This document shows positions 47,898 to 57,410 of a stretch of DNA of 64,000 bases, in pieces. Every line of letters begins with the position of its first letter. Within the stretch, counting starts at the first letter, position 1. Under the pieces are notes generated by a model. The model had not been told where the DNA came from. It was given only the letters and a program-made list of their open reading frames with translations, and did no database searches. This stretch comes from Longimicrobiales bacterium (GTDB lineage: Bacteria; Gemmatimonadota; Gemmatimonadetes; Longimicrobiales; Gaopeijiaceae), in NCBI GenBank assembly GCA_965204735.1, contig OZ242008.1, forward strand, positions 1,536,001 to 1,600,000. Reading direction: 5' to 3'. The translations under genes were made by a program, and so were the position numbers.

Positions 47898-48697
47898 GCC
47901 CCGTCCGCCTCGCAGCGCGCCGCCAGCCACTCGGCCAAGCCGGACCACACCACGGCCGCCACGGCCTCGTGGCCCTCGGCGTTGGGGTGGATGCCGTCGG
48001 ACTGGTTGAGTTCGGGGACCGCCGCGACGCCCTCCAGCAGGAACGGCACGAAGTGCGCGCCCGACTCGGCGACGACCTGCCGGTAGGCGTCCCGAAAGGC
48101 GTCGGTGTAGAGGGGACCCAGGTTCGGCGGCGCCTCCATTCCCGCAACCACGATCCCGGCTTCCGGCCGGTGCCGGCGCGTCTCCCGGACGATCCACTCG
48201 AGGTTCTCGCGGAGCGCGTCGGGACTGCGGCCCCGGAGCCCGTCGTTGGCGCCCATCTCCACGAAGAGGGCCGCCAGCGCGTCGCCGTGGAGCTCCAGCA
48301 GCCCCGGCAGGCGGGTCCGCCCTCCGGCGGAGGTGTCGCCGCTGACGCCGGCGTTGACGACTTGGTACCGCCATCCGGCCTCGGCCATGCGGACGCCGAG
48401 GCGGGCGGGGTAGGCCAGCTCCGGGTCGTCCAGGCCGTAGCCGGCGGTGAGGCTGGTGCCCAGGAACACGATCCGAGGACCGGCGGTCGCCGCCTCCCGG
48501 ACTGTACCGGACGCCGCGCCTTCGACAGCTTCAGATGTTTCGGCGACGTCGGTCCGGCCCGGAGGGTTGGGGTCGGCGCACCCTCCGCTTCCGCCCCCCA
48601 GCGCGAGCCCAGCCGCGAAGACGAGGACGCTTCTGGCCCACCCAACGAAGCACGCCGCCGCCGGCTCGGCGCTCGCCGAGACCCCGGCGCGCCCCAT
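47891..48697 (-). CDS. tesA: Arylesterase / TesA-like SGNH hydrolase, probable lipoprotein
   Basis: LGTSLTAGYG, NAGVSGDTSAGG, GANDGLRG and QSDGIHPN blocks; divergent, start-overlapping with a ybbA-like gene as in the tesA-ybbA-ybbP locus. Confidence 0.85.
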   Translation of the reverse strand: MGRAGVSASAEPAAACFVGWARSVLVFAAGLALGGGSGGCADPNPPGRTDVAETSEAVEGAASGTVREAATAGPRIVFLGTSLTAGYGLDDPELAYPARLGVRMAEAGWRYQVVNAGVSGDTSAGGRTRLPGLLELHGDALAALFVEMGANDGLRGRSPDALRENLEWIVRETRRHRPEAGIVVAGMEAPPNLGPLYTDAFRDAYRQVVAESGAHFVPFLLEGVAAVPELNQSDGIHPNAEGHEAVAAVVWSGLAEWLAARCEADGAC

Positions 48698-49370
48698 GAT
48701 CGAGGCCCAGGGGCTTTCCAGAACCTTCATGAGCGGCGGCAGGCCCCTGAAGGTGCTGCACGAAGTGGACCTGGCGATCGAGGCTCGGGCCTTCGTGGCG
48801 GTCGTGGGTCCGTCGGGAAGCGGTAAGACGACACTGCTGGGTCTCCTTGCGGGACTGGACCGTCCCACGACGGGCAAGGTCCTGCTGGACGGCCGCGACG
48901 TCCACGCTCTCACGGAAGATCAACGGGCTCGCTTCCGGGTCAACCGGATCGGCTTCGTCTTCCAGACGTTCCACCTCCTGCCGACGCTGACCGCGCTGGA
49001 GAACGTGCTGGTCCCCCTCGAGCTGGCCGGACGCGACCGCCTGCCCGACGGCTCCGGGGCCAGGGAGCGCGCCGCCGCTCTGCTGGAGCGGGTGGGACTG
49101 GCCGACCGCGCGACCCACTACCCGGTCCAGCTCTCGGGCGGCGAGCGGCAGCGGGTCGCCCTGGCCCGAGCCTTCGCCAACCAGCCGCGCATCCTCTTCG
49201 CCGACGAGCCCACCGGCAACCTGGACGCGCAGACCGGCGCCCGCGTCGCCGCCCTGATGCAGGAGCTGAACCGCGACGCCGGCACGACCCTCGTGCTGGT
49301 CACCCACGACCTGGAGCTGGCCGCCCGCGCCGGACGCGTGATCCGGCTGGCCGGCGGCCGGATCGAGTAG
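48696..49370 (+). CDS. ABC transporter ATP-binding protein (YbbA/LolD-like)
   Basis: GPSGSGKT, LSGGERQR, ADEPTGNLD and VTHD motifs. Confidence 0.93.
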   Translation: MIEAQGLSRTFMSGGRPLKVLHEVDLAIEARAFVAVVGPSGSGKTTLLGLLAGLDRPTTGKVLLDGRDVHALTEDQRARFRVNRIGFVFQTFHLLPTLTALENVLVPLELAGRDRLPDGSGARERAAALLERVGLADRATHYPVQLSGGERQRVALARAFANQPRILFADEPTGNLDAQTGARVAALMQELNRDAGTTLVLVTHDLELAARAGRVIRLAGGRIE

Positions 49371-49377
49371 CCGGGAG

Positions 49378-52053
49378 ATGGCGCCCTTCCCGCTGCGGAT
49401 GGCCTCTCGGGAGTGGAGGCACGCGCTGCGCAGGCTGGGCGTGTACATGGCGTCGATCACCGTGGGGGTCGCGGCGCTGGTCGCCCTTCACTCCTTCCGG
49501 GACGACGTGGTGCGGTCGATCCACGCCGAGAACCGCTCTCTGCTGGGGGCCGACGCCCGGCTGAGCGGCAACCGACCGGCGCCGGACTCGGTGCAGGTCG
49601 TGGTGGACTCGCTGGTCGCGCTGGGGGCCGACGCCGCCAGGGTCACCAGCTTGATCTCGATGGCGCTGGCCGAGGAGAGCGGACGGACGCGGCTCGTTCA
49701 GGCCCGGGGCGTGGAGCCGGGCTTCCCCTTCTACGGCGAAGTGGCCACCGACCCGCCGGGGCTCTGGGGCGAGCTGGCCGCTCCCGCCGACGCGCCCGCC
49801 GCCTCCGACGAAGCCGCCCTGTCCGAGTCCGCCCTTCCCGAGGCCACGCCTAGCGGCGACCGCCCCCTCGCGCTGGTGGACCCGTCGCTCCTGGCGCAGC
49901 TGGACATGGAGGTGGGGCAGGGGATTCGCCTGGGCGCCGTGGAGTTCGAGGTGGCCGGCACGGTGGACGGGCTCCCCACCGACATCGGCTTCCAGACGGC
50001 CGTCGGCCCCCGGGTCTTCGTGGCCTTCCATCTCCTCGAAGCGACGGGGCTCCTGGCCCGGGGCAGCCTGGCGCGCCACCACGTCTACCTGCGGCTCCCG
50101 GCGGGAGTGGACCCCGACGAAGTCGAGGAAGCCCGCGAGGACGTGTTGCGGGCCACCGGCATCTGGATGCGGACTCCGGAGGAGCAGGCCCGCTCCCTGA
50201 CGCGCTCCGCGGACTTCCTGGCCGACTTCCTGTCGCTCGTGGGCTTGGCGGCGCTCTTGCTGGGCGGCGTGGGCGTGGGCAGCGCCGTGGCCGTGTACGT
50301 CCGAGGAAAGCTGGACGCGGTGGCGCTGCTTCGCTGCCTGGGGGCGACCCGGCGACAGGTCTTCGCCACGTACCTGCTCCAAGCCGCCGCGATGGGGTTC
50401 CTGGGATCGGCGGTGGGCGTTGCGGGCGGAGTGGCCGCCCAGAGGTGGCTGCCGATGCTGATCCGGGACGTTCTTCCGGTGCCCGTCGCGGCGTCCGTCT
50501 CCTTCGGGTCGGTGGCCTTCGGCCTGCTTCTGGGCACCTGGGTGGCCGTCGTGTTCGCGCTGATCCCCCTCCTCACGGTGCGCAGGGTCTCTCCCCTTCA
50601 AGCCCTCCGTCACGTCGCCGAGGCGCCGCCCCGGGCGGACCCGGCCCGATGGGGCGCCGTCGCCGCCGTCGCCGTCACGGTCCTGGCGCTCACCCTCTTC
50701 GAGGCGCCCTCGCCGGTCGCGGGCTTGGCGTTCGCGACGGCGCTCGCCGCTGTGGCCGGCGTCCTGTGGAGCGTGGCCTGGGGGCTCGCCTGGGCCACCC
50801 GGCGGTTCTTTCCGCGCCGCGCCGCCTACACCGTTCGGCAAGGAGTCGCCAACCTCTTCCGCCCTGGCAACCAGACGGTAGCCGTCACGCTGGCTCTCGG
50901 CTTCGGCGTGCTTGTGGTGGGGGTGATCGTGCAGCTGCAGCGCAACTTGGTTCGCGAACTGTCCTTCGACCAAGGCCCCGACGGCTTCAACATGCTGGTC
51001 TTCGACGTGCAGCCGGACCAGGAGGACGGAGTGCGGGCGCTCCTGGAGGCCAGGGCCGGGGGCGACGCGACGCCGGTGCCCGTCGTGACCGCCCGGATCG
51101 CCGCCGTGAAGGGCCGAGCCGTCGAGGACATCCTGGCCGACAGCGCACGCGAGAACCGGCCGCCCCGCTGGGTCCTGCGGCAAGAGCACCGAGCCACCTA
51201 CCGCGGGGAGCTGAGGGCCAACGAGACGATCCTGGCGGGCGAGTGGTGGCACGGAGCCTTCGGCGACTCCGCGGGCGCGCCCGCCCGGGCTGGACGCCTT
51301 CCCGGAGCCGCTTCGGACGCCGCCGCGGGCGCGCCCGCCCGGGTCTCGGTCGAGGAAGAGCTGGCCGAGGACCTGCGGGTGGGCGTGGGCGACGAGATCA
51401 CGTGGATGGTGGGCGGCGTGGAGTACCCGTCGGTCGTAGCCAACGTGAGGGACGTGGACTGGGCTGGGTTCGACGCCAACTTCCTGGCGGTCTTCGAGCC
51501 GGGAGCGATGGAGGACGCGCCCCGAACCACCGTCTTCCCCGCCAACATGCCGCATGAAGAGGCGAGGCTGGCGTTTCAGGAAGAGCTGGTCCGGCGCTAC
51601 CCCAACGTGTCCGCGCTGGACCTCTTCACCGTGCGCGCGACGGTGGAGGCGATTCTCTCCCGGGTCGTGGCCGCGATCCGCATCCTGGCCGGGCTGTGCA
51701 CGGTGGCGGGGCTCGTGGTGATGGCCGGGTCGATGGCCTCGACCCGCGCGCAGCGCCGTCTGGAAGGCGCCCTCCTCCGCACGCTGGGCGCTCGCTTCCG
51801 CCAAGTGCGCCGCATCCTGCTGAGCGAGTACGCGGCGCTGGGCGCCCTGGCGGCCCTGGCCGGAGGCGTCCTGTCGCTGGCCGCCAGCTGGCTCCTGGCG
51901 GCGGGGCTCTTCGGAATCCCCTACCGGCCTGCGACGGGCGCGGCGGCGGCGCTCTGGCTGGCGGTGGTGGGGCTCGTGGTCCTGGCGGGCGCCGTCGGCG
52001 GACGGGGTCCGGCCCGAAGCGGTCCGCTGGCGGTGCTGCGAGAGGCCGAATAG
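49378..52053 (+). CDS. ABC transporter permease (YbbP/FtsX-like, two halves)
   Basis: LLGAD, PFYG, LRCLGA and LRTLGA motifs; multiple TM segments; follows the ATPase. Confidence 0.9.
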   Translation: MAPFPLRMASREWRHALRRLGVYMASITVGVAALVALHSFRDDVVRSIHAENRSLLGADARLSGNRPAPDSVQVVVDSLVALGADAARVTSLISMALAEESGRTRLVQARGVEPGFPFYGEVATDPPGLWGELAAPADAPAASDEAALSESALPEATPSGDRPLALVDPSLLAQLDMEVGQGIRLGAVEFEVAGTVDGLPTDIGFQTAVGPRVFVAFHLLEATGLLARGSLARHHVYLRLPAGVDPDEVEEAREDVLRATGIWMRTPEEQARSLTRSADFLADFLSLVGLAALLLGGVGVGSAVAVYVRGKLDAVALLRCLGATRRQVFATYLLQAAAMGFLGSAVGVAGGVAAQRWLPMLIRDVLPVPVAASVSFGSVAFGLLLGTWVAVVFALIPLLTVRRVSPLQALRHVAEAPPRADPARWGAVAAVAVTVLALTLFEAPSPVAGLAFATALAAVAGVLWSVAWGLAWATRRFFPRRAAYTVRQGVANLFRPGNQTVAVTLALGFGVLVVGVIVQLQRNLVRELSFDQGPDGFNMLVFDVQPDQEDGVRALLEARAGGDATPVPVVTARIAAVKGRAVEDILADSARENRPPRWVLRQEHRATYRGELRANETILAGEWWHGAFGDSAGAPARAGRLPGAASDAAAGAPARVSVEEELAEDLRVGVGDEITWMVGGVEYPSVVANVRDVDWAGFDANFLAVFEPGAMEDAPRTTVFPANMPHEEARLAFQEELVRRYPNVSALDLFTVRATVEAILSRVVAAIRILAGLCTVAGLVVMAGSMASTRAQRRLEGALLRTLGARFRQVRRILLSEYAALGALAALAGGVLSLAASWLLAAGLFGIPYRPATGAAAALWLAVVGLVVLAGAVGGRGPARSGPLAVLREAE

Positions 52054-52159
52054 CCGTCCGCCCGTCCCTCCGACGCCGCCATTAAATGCAACGGCGGGAC
52101 GCCCCCGAAGGAACGCCCCGCCAGTTGCCGCGGCGCCGAAGGCCGCTCTTCCCGGCTTC

Positions 52160-52675
52160 CTACTGGATGCCGGCCACCCCCCACCTCGTCCGCAGATGGG
52201 TCCGCTCTTCCTCTTCGATGAGCGGAGAGTTCGCGAGCAGCTGGGCCCTGCTCAGCAGCCCGTGGGCCCGGTTGCCCCGGCCCTGGTTGCCCGCGACCCA
52301 GGCCGCGTCGGTGAAGGCGTTCGCCGCCACGATCACGTCGCCGCGGGCGAGCGCCAGCTGTCCGGCGCTCTCGAAGTCGCGAACCGCCCGCTGCTCGTCT
52401 CCCTCGTAGAAGGAGAGGCGCGCAGCCAGCAGGAGGTTCTCGACGGCCGCCGGGTCCGCCGGCGAGCGGAACTCGGCCGCGCGCCGCAGCAGCGAAGCGG
52501 CGCGGTCCCAGTTGCCCGGCTCCGCCAGGTAGCCCTGAGCCTTGGTCTCGAGGCGCACGGCCTCGTCGGTGTCGATCTCGTTGGCCTCGGTCTGGGCCGA
52601 GAGGCCGGGGGCGGCGGCGACCGCCGCCACGAGCACTGCCAGGGCGACGCGCGCCCCGTTGGTGAAGGTCTTCAT
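52160..52675 (-). CDS. Hypothetical exported alpha-helical (TPR-like) protein
   Basis: AGGAGA RBS; signal peptide MKTFTNGARVALAVLVAAVAAAPGLSAQ; amphipathic helical repeats. Confidence 0.75.
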   Translation of the reverse strand: MKTFTNGARVALAVLVAAVAAAPGLSAQTEANEIDTDEAVRLETKAQGYLAEPGNWDRAASLLRRAAEFRSPADPAAVENLLLAARLSFYEGDEQRAVRDFESAGQLALARGDVIVAANAFTDAAWVAGNQGRGNRAHGLLSRAQLLANSPLIEEEERTHLRTRWGVAGIQ

Positions 52676-52740
52676 CTATGTGTTCTCCTGGATAGGATGG
52701 AGAGAATCGAGAGGGGAGCGTTCCCCCTCGTGCAAGGTGA

Positions 52741-52766
52741 TACGCCGGAAGGCCGAAATGGTTTCA
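52741..52766 (-). promoter_or_regulatory. ECF-sigma-type promoter
   Basis: Minus strand reads TGAAAC-N16-CGTA, ~65 nt upstream of ATG 52675. Confidence 0.6.
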
Positions 52767-52833
52767 TGCGGGCTCCGGGCGAGTGCTTCGGGCCGCCGAC
52801 CCGTCCCCGTGCGCGCCTGCCCGTCCCCCGCGC

Positions 52834-53994
52834 CTACCCGAAGAACGCCCGCAGCCGCTCCACGGCCCGCTCGAGCGTGGCGGTCCGCTTGCAGAAGGCA
52901 AAGCGCACCAAGCCGCGTCCGTCCTCGGGGCGGTCGAAGAAGCACGAGCCCGGAACCGGCGCCACCCCGCACTCCTTGGCCATCCATCGGCTGAAGGCCA
53001 CGTCGTCCATTGCGCTGTGGCCGGAGAACCCGGCCAGGACGTAGTACGCCCCTTGGGGCTTGGCGCACTCGAAGCCCGTCTCGGCCAGCCCTGCGTGGAG
53101 CACGTCCCGGCGCTCGGCGTACTCCCGCTTCATCCCCTCGTAGTACTCCGGTCCCAAGCCGTTAAGCCCGGCGGCGCAGGCCTCCTGCAACGGCGCGGGG
53201 GCGCCGACGGTGAGGAAGTCGTGCACCTTGCGAATCGCGGAGGTCAGGGCGGGCGGCGCCACGATCGTTCCGATCCTCCATCCCGTCACGCTGAAGGTCT
53301 TGGACAGCCCGGAGACGACCACGGTTCGGTCGCGCATCCCCGGCAACGTCGCAAGGGGAACGTGGCGGCCCTCGTAGAGGATGTGCTCGTAGATCTCGTC
53401 GGTCACCGCCAGCACGTCGTGCTCCCGGCACAGCCGCGCGACCGCCTCCAACTCCTCGCCGTCGAAGACTCGGCCCGTCGGGTTGTTGGGCGTGTTGACG
53501 ACGATCGCCCGCGTCCGCTCGGTCACCAAGCCCCGGAGGCGCTCCGGGTCCAGGCGGAAGTCGGGCGGCGCCAGGGTCAGGTGGACGGGCTTGGCGCCGC
53601 AGAGCACGGCGTCGGGACCGTAGTTCTCGTAGAAGGGCTCCAGCACGATCACCTCGTCGCCCGGATCGACGAGCGCCAGCATCACCGCCGCCATGCCCTC
53701 GGTGGCGCCGCAGGTGACCGTGATCTCCCGGTCCTCGTCCACCTCCATCCCGTACCACTCCCGATACTTGCGCGCCAGCGCGGCGCGGAGCGATGGAGTC
53801 CCCCAGGTGACCGCGTACTGGTTCACGTCCTCCTGGATCGCCCGGCAGGCGGCGTCCTTGAGGAGCTGCGGCGCGGGGAAGTCCGGGAAGCCCTGCGCCA
53901 AGTTGACCGCGCCGTGCTCGCGGGCGACCCGGGTCATGTCGCGGATGAGGGACTCGGTGAACGAGCGGGTGCGCCGTGCCGTGCGATGGCTCAT
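52834..53994 (-). CDS. PLP-dependent class I/II aminotransferase (YbdL/DapC-like)
   Basis: NLAQGFPDF, NTPNNPTG, DEIYEH and SKTFSVTGWRIG motifs; ATG at 53994. Confidence 0.93.
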   Translation of the reverse strand: MSHRTARRTRSFTESLIRDMTRVAREHGAVNLAQGFPDFPAPQLLKDAACRAIQEDVNQYAVTWGTPSLRAALARKYREWYGMEVDEDREITVTCGATEGMAAVMLALVDPGDEVIVLEPFYENYGPDAVLCGAKPVHLTLAPPDFRLDPERLRGLVTERTRAIVVNTPNNPTGRVFDGEELEAVARLCREHDVLAVTDEIYEHILYEGRHVPLATLPGMRDRTVVVSGLSKTFSVTGWRIGTIVAPPALTSAIRKVHDFLTVGAPAPLQEACAAGLNGLGPEYYEGMKREYAERRDVLHAGLAETGFECAKPQGAYYVLAGFSGHSAMDDVAFSRWMAKECGVAPVPGSCFFDRPEDGRGLVRFAFCKRTATLERAVERLRAFFG

Positions 53995-54096
53995 GGGTCG
54001 GGGCCGAGGGGAGGTGGAGATGCGAGGAGGGCGAGAGTCGGATCGTCGATCGACCGCGTTCGAGGGGCCGAGCCGCGCCCGCCCCAATTCCCAGGT

Positions 54097-54137
54097 CCGA
54101 TGTCCCACCTGAGCATGCCGACGTCCCATCTGAGCAT
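54097..54137. repeat. 20-bp direct repeat, 21-bp period, immediately before a TTGACA box
   Basis: CCGATGTCCCACCTGAGCAT (54097-54116) and CCGACGTCCCATCTGAGCAT (54118-54137); TTGACA at 54144-54149. Confidence 0.8.
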
Positions 54138-54245
54138 AACGTATTGACAGGCTCTCGCGGCGGAAACTCAATTGCCCCACCAAGGCCCGTCCGAAGCCTT
54201 TGGCGCGCCTTGGTCCGGAGCCCTCGCGACCAGAAGGAGGCACCC

Positions 54246-55703
54246 ATTTCCGCGTCGAGACCCACTTACCGCGAAGCCCTGGACCGTCTCGTCAGATGCG
54301 CTGTGGTTCATCAGGGCGCCGAGTCCCTTGCGGACTTGGCAGGCCTGAGCTTCGAGTCGCTGCTTCGCCAGTCGGGCCTTGAAGAGGTGGCCGGGGAGAT
54401 CAAGCTGACGCCCCCTCCTGTCGGGGCTCTCTTCGCCGAGGCCCTGAACGCCGTGGACGACCGCAGGCGCGTGGTGGCGCTCAAGCGGACCTACGCCCGC
54501 GACCCGGAGAAGCTGGAGGAGCTGGGCCGCGAGTTCGGCGTGAGCCGGGAGCGGGCCCGGCAGTTGGAAGTGGGACTCCGCCATATGCTGAAGGAAGAGA
54601 TCGGAGACGCGATGGCGGCGGCGGCCCGATGGCTGCGGCGCTCCGTCGGTTCCGCGGCGGAGACGGAGGAGTTCGACGACGCGATCGCGATGCTCGTGGG
54701 CGACGCGCCCGAGGAGGTCCGTTCCGCCGCCGAGGTCGCCGTGATGCAGGTCGCCGACTACCACCGCCTCGAGTCGGGCGTGGGCGACACCGAGTTTCGC
54801 GAGCTGGTGGACCGCGTCCAGAACATGACGGCCCGCTTCGCCAACGCGGCCGGGGTGGTGGACGAGGAGCAGCTGATGGAGGCGGTGGGCGGAGCGCCGC
54901 GGTGGGAGTTGGTCGTGCGCAACGCCGGGCTGGCGCGCATCGGCGAGTACTTGGCCGTTCGCGACACCCGGCGAGCCAGGGTCTTCGTGGCCCTGGAGAA
55001 GCTGGGCGAGCCCGTCACGAGGCCCTGCTTGGCGAAGGCCGCCGGGCTGGCGGACAACACGACGCTGTCGAGCCTGCTCTCGTCGGATCGGCTCTTCGTG
55101 CGCCTCACCAAGGACAAGTGGGGGCTCCGGGAGTGGACCGACAACCCTTACGAAGGCGTGGTCGCCGAGATCGTGAAGCGCATTGCGAGGGCCGGGGGCG
55201 AGATCGCCGTCGAGGAGCTCCTGGAGGAGATTCCGATGCAGTTCGACGTGTTGCCGGCCACCGTCAGGAACTACCTGGGCACCCGGAAGTTCCAGACCCG
55301 CGACGGCATGGTGCGGGTGGTGCCCTCGCCCGACGCCCCCTCCCAGCCGCTTTCGAAGGCGCGGGACGTGGTGTGGACCCCCGACGGCGAGCCGGCGATC
55401 CATCTCGTGGTCGGCGCCCACCACTTGAAGGGCAACAGCCAGAAGGTGTCGATGGCCGTGGCCCAGCGCTTCGGCGTCGGCCCGGACGGCTCCGCCAAGA
55501 TCCCCTTCGCCGACCCCGCCGGCGTGGACGACGCCTCCTTGATCTGGCGCTCCTACGACCCCAACGGCCCGGAGATGGGCCGCCTCCGGGAGGCCATGAA
55601 GGCCGTCGGCGCCGGCCCCGGCGACCTGGTCACGGTGATCCTCCGCACCGACGGATTGCGAATGGCGCTGGGGGACGCGGGGGCGGTGGGGCGCGACCAC
55701 TAA
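54246..55703 (+). CDS. Multi-HTH protein: sigma70 region-4-like HTH plus HARE-HTH/RNAP-delta-like winged helix (start uncertain, possibly ATT)
   Basis: KLEELGREFGVSRERARQLE (sigma70 r4 pattern); FVRLTKDKWGLREW (RpoE/HARE-like pattern); AAGGAGG 5 nt before an in-frame ATT. Confidence 0.7.
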   Translation: MSASRPTYREALDRLVRCAVVHQGAESLADLAGLSFESLLRQSGLEEVAGEIKLTPPPVGALFAEALNAVDDRRRVVALKRTYARDPEKLEELGREFGVSRERARQLEVGLRHMLKEEIGDAMAAAARWLRRSVGSAAETEEFDDAIAMLVGDAPEEVRSAAEVAVMQVADYHRLESGVGDTEFRELVDRVQNMTARFANAAGVVDEEQLMEAVGGAPRWELVVRNAGLARIGEYLAVRDTRRARVFVALEKLGEPVTRPCLAKAAGLADNTTLSSLLSSDRLFVRLTKDKWGLREWTDNPYEGVVAEIVKRIARAGGEIAVEELLEEIPMQFDVLPATVRNYLGTRKFQTRDGMVRVVPSPDAPSQPLSKARDVVWTPDGEPAIHLVVGAHHLKGNSQKVSMAVAQRFGVGPDGSAKIPFADPAGVDDASLIWRSYDPNGPEMGRLREAMKAVGAGPGDLVTVILRTDGLRMALGDAGAVGRDH

Positions 55704-55743
55704 AGTCCATGTCGCTTGGGTTCGCCGCTTGGCGTCTCCCTCT

Positions 55744-55962
55744 TCAGCGTGGCAGCGGACGGATGCCGACGAACTCCTTGGGCTTGTCGTCGTCGAACTG
55801 CGGGCAGTCCAACAAGAACACCGAGCTCGAGCCCGTGGCTTCAAACCCGTAGCCACGTACGAGCTGCGGGTCCAACCACTGACCACAAGACCTGCCGGTT
55901 ATCACTACCCGCCTGTCCTTCGGATACCTGTCCAGTTCCTTGATCAGCTCGCGAACCGTCAT
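55744..55962 (-). CDS. Small hypothetical protein (72 aa)
   Basis: MTVRELIKELDRYPKDRRVV N-terminus, a pattern typical of small phage/MGE proteins; purine-rich RBS region. Confidence 0.55.
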   Translation of the reverse strand: MTVRELIKELDRYPKDRRVVITGRSCGQWLDPQLVRGYGFEATGSSSVFLLDCPQFDDDKPKEFVGIRPLPR

Positions 55963-56086
55963 GATCTCTCTTCTTTCCGGGGGGTGTTGGGAGCCCAACG
56001 ACTCCGCGCTCGCTACCCTGCGGCAACAGGTGTTGATTGATACTGTCGACTAATCTGGCTTGCTGGCAAGATACTCCAGGGGCGTG

Positions 56087-57025
56087 TCAGGCAGCAGTCC
56101 TCGGCGGAGCGCGAAAGACCTCGCGCCAATGCCATTCGACGAACACCGGGGACGGCGCACGGCCCTGCGTGAGCGGTCGGCGAAGCGGCTTTCCGTGCAG
56201 GTCGACCAGCAAGTTGGCCGACCGACTCGTGCCGCCGACGTGAAGAGAGACGAGCACGTGCGTGTTCCCGTCAGAGTGTTCCAACCCGAGCGCCCCGCGG
56301 TCCAGCGCCTTGTGATGAAGGACGCAGAGCGCGAGCCCGTTTGCCACTTCGTCCGGGCCGGCATGGGAATGCCACTTGATGTGGGCCGCCTCCAAGCCGA
56401 AGACCTGCTCGTTCAGCCGAATGTCGTGGCCGCAGATCGCGCATCGTCGCCCGTACTCCCGCAACACCCGCTCCCTGAAAGTTCCGTCGCGGGATTCTCG
56501 AACCCTCTGAGCCTGTCGAGACCACGGAATGTGGTCAGTTCGCAGAAAGCCCCACTCCCGCGGGAGTCCCACGGCATCCAAGATGTCGTCGTGCAGCGAT
56601 GGCGGGAAGTGAGTGGCCAGCAGTCCTTGAGCGACGTTCGCCACGAGGCGGGGATCAGACTGAAGGACCGCGTGGATTCCTTCGGGGAAGCCCCCGCGGA
56701 CGCCACGCTCCCTCATCTCCTTGGACTTCAGGTCTCCGCTTGCGGTGATGGACAGCTTCGAGTCGCCCGGTATGTCCCAGAGGCCGTCCGCACGCAGTCT
56801 GCCGAAGGGGAACTCCGGGTGCGTCGCAACACGTGGCGGGCCGAACTCCCGCAGTAGCTTGGCCAACCGTTCGTCAACATCGGCGTAGGAGACGAGCCTT
56901 TCGCGGCCGTCCGCAACGCGCCCCAGGGCCAGTAGGAGAAGGAGCGGCTTGTGGGGCGCCCGCGTGCCACGCCACTTCCCCGTCCTGATGTTGGAGACGA
57001 GATGGAGGACTTGGTCGCGAGTCAT
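56087..57025 (-). CDS. SBD-HNH modification-dependent (phosphorothioate-DNA-type) restriction endonuclease
   Basis: N-terminal RAPHKPLLLL and EFPFGRL resemble sulfur-binding-domain motifs; C-terminal CAICG...LEAAHIKW...NGLALCVLHHKALDRG HNH. Confidence 0.8.
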   Translation of the reverse strand: MTRDQVLHLVSNIRTGKWRGTRAPHKPLLLLLALGRVADGRERLVSYADVDERLAKLLREFGPPRVATHPEFPFGRLRADGLWDIPGDSKLSITASGDLKSKEMRERGVRGGFPEGIHAVLQSDPRLVANVAQGLLATHFPPSLHDDILDAVGLPREWGFLRTDHIPWSRQAQRVRESRDGTFRERVLREYGRRCAICGHDIRLNEQVFGLEAAHIKWHSHAGPDEVANGLALCVLHHKALDRGALGLEHSDGNTHVLVSLHVGGTSRSANLLVDLHGKPLRRPLTQGRAPSPVFVEWHWREVFRAPPRTAA

Positions 57026-57410
57026 TTGGCCAACACGAGGGAAAAGGAGGCGGGAGAATACCCGACCAATACTACGCCGTCTCCCGCACTATAGCAAGCG
57101 TTGCGGCTCCTGAACAAGGAGGGCGCTACCGCGACTGTTGTTCGGCATGTTGGTTGCTGCCCAACCGAACCTGCCGTTGCCACAGCGATGCCCTGTGTGT
57201 TTGCCCAGGAAACGCGAGATCAATCGGCATCCCGCCCGCCACTCACATATTGGCTGGGTTGATGAACAATGCAAGTACGCACTGCGCGAACTGTGTGCGC
57301 GCGGCACCGAGTCGCCGCAACACGAAGTCCTGGCAAAGCGGGGCTCACGTCGCCATACTCCAGTCGTAGGTAGGTAGGTAATCCGCGCACTCCAAAACGA
57401 GGAGCCAGGA

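Noticed and set aside
48695..48698. Head-to-head overlapping starts of tesA and the ABC ATPase
   Set aside because: This is the known arrangement of the tesA-ybbA-ybbP locus, so it is not novel.
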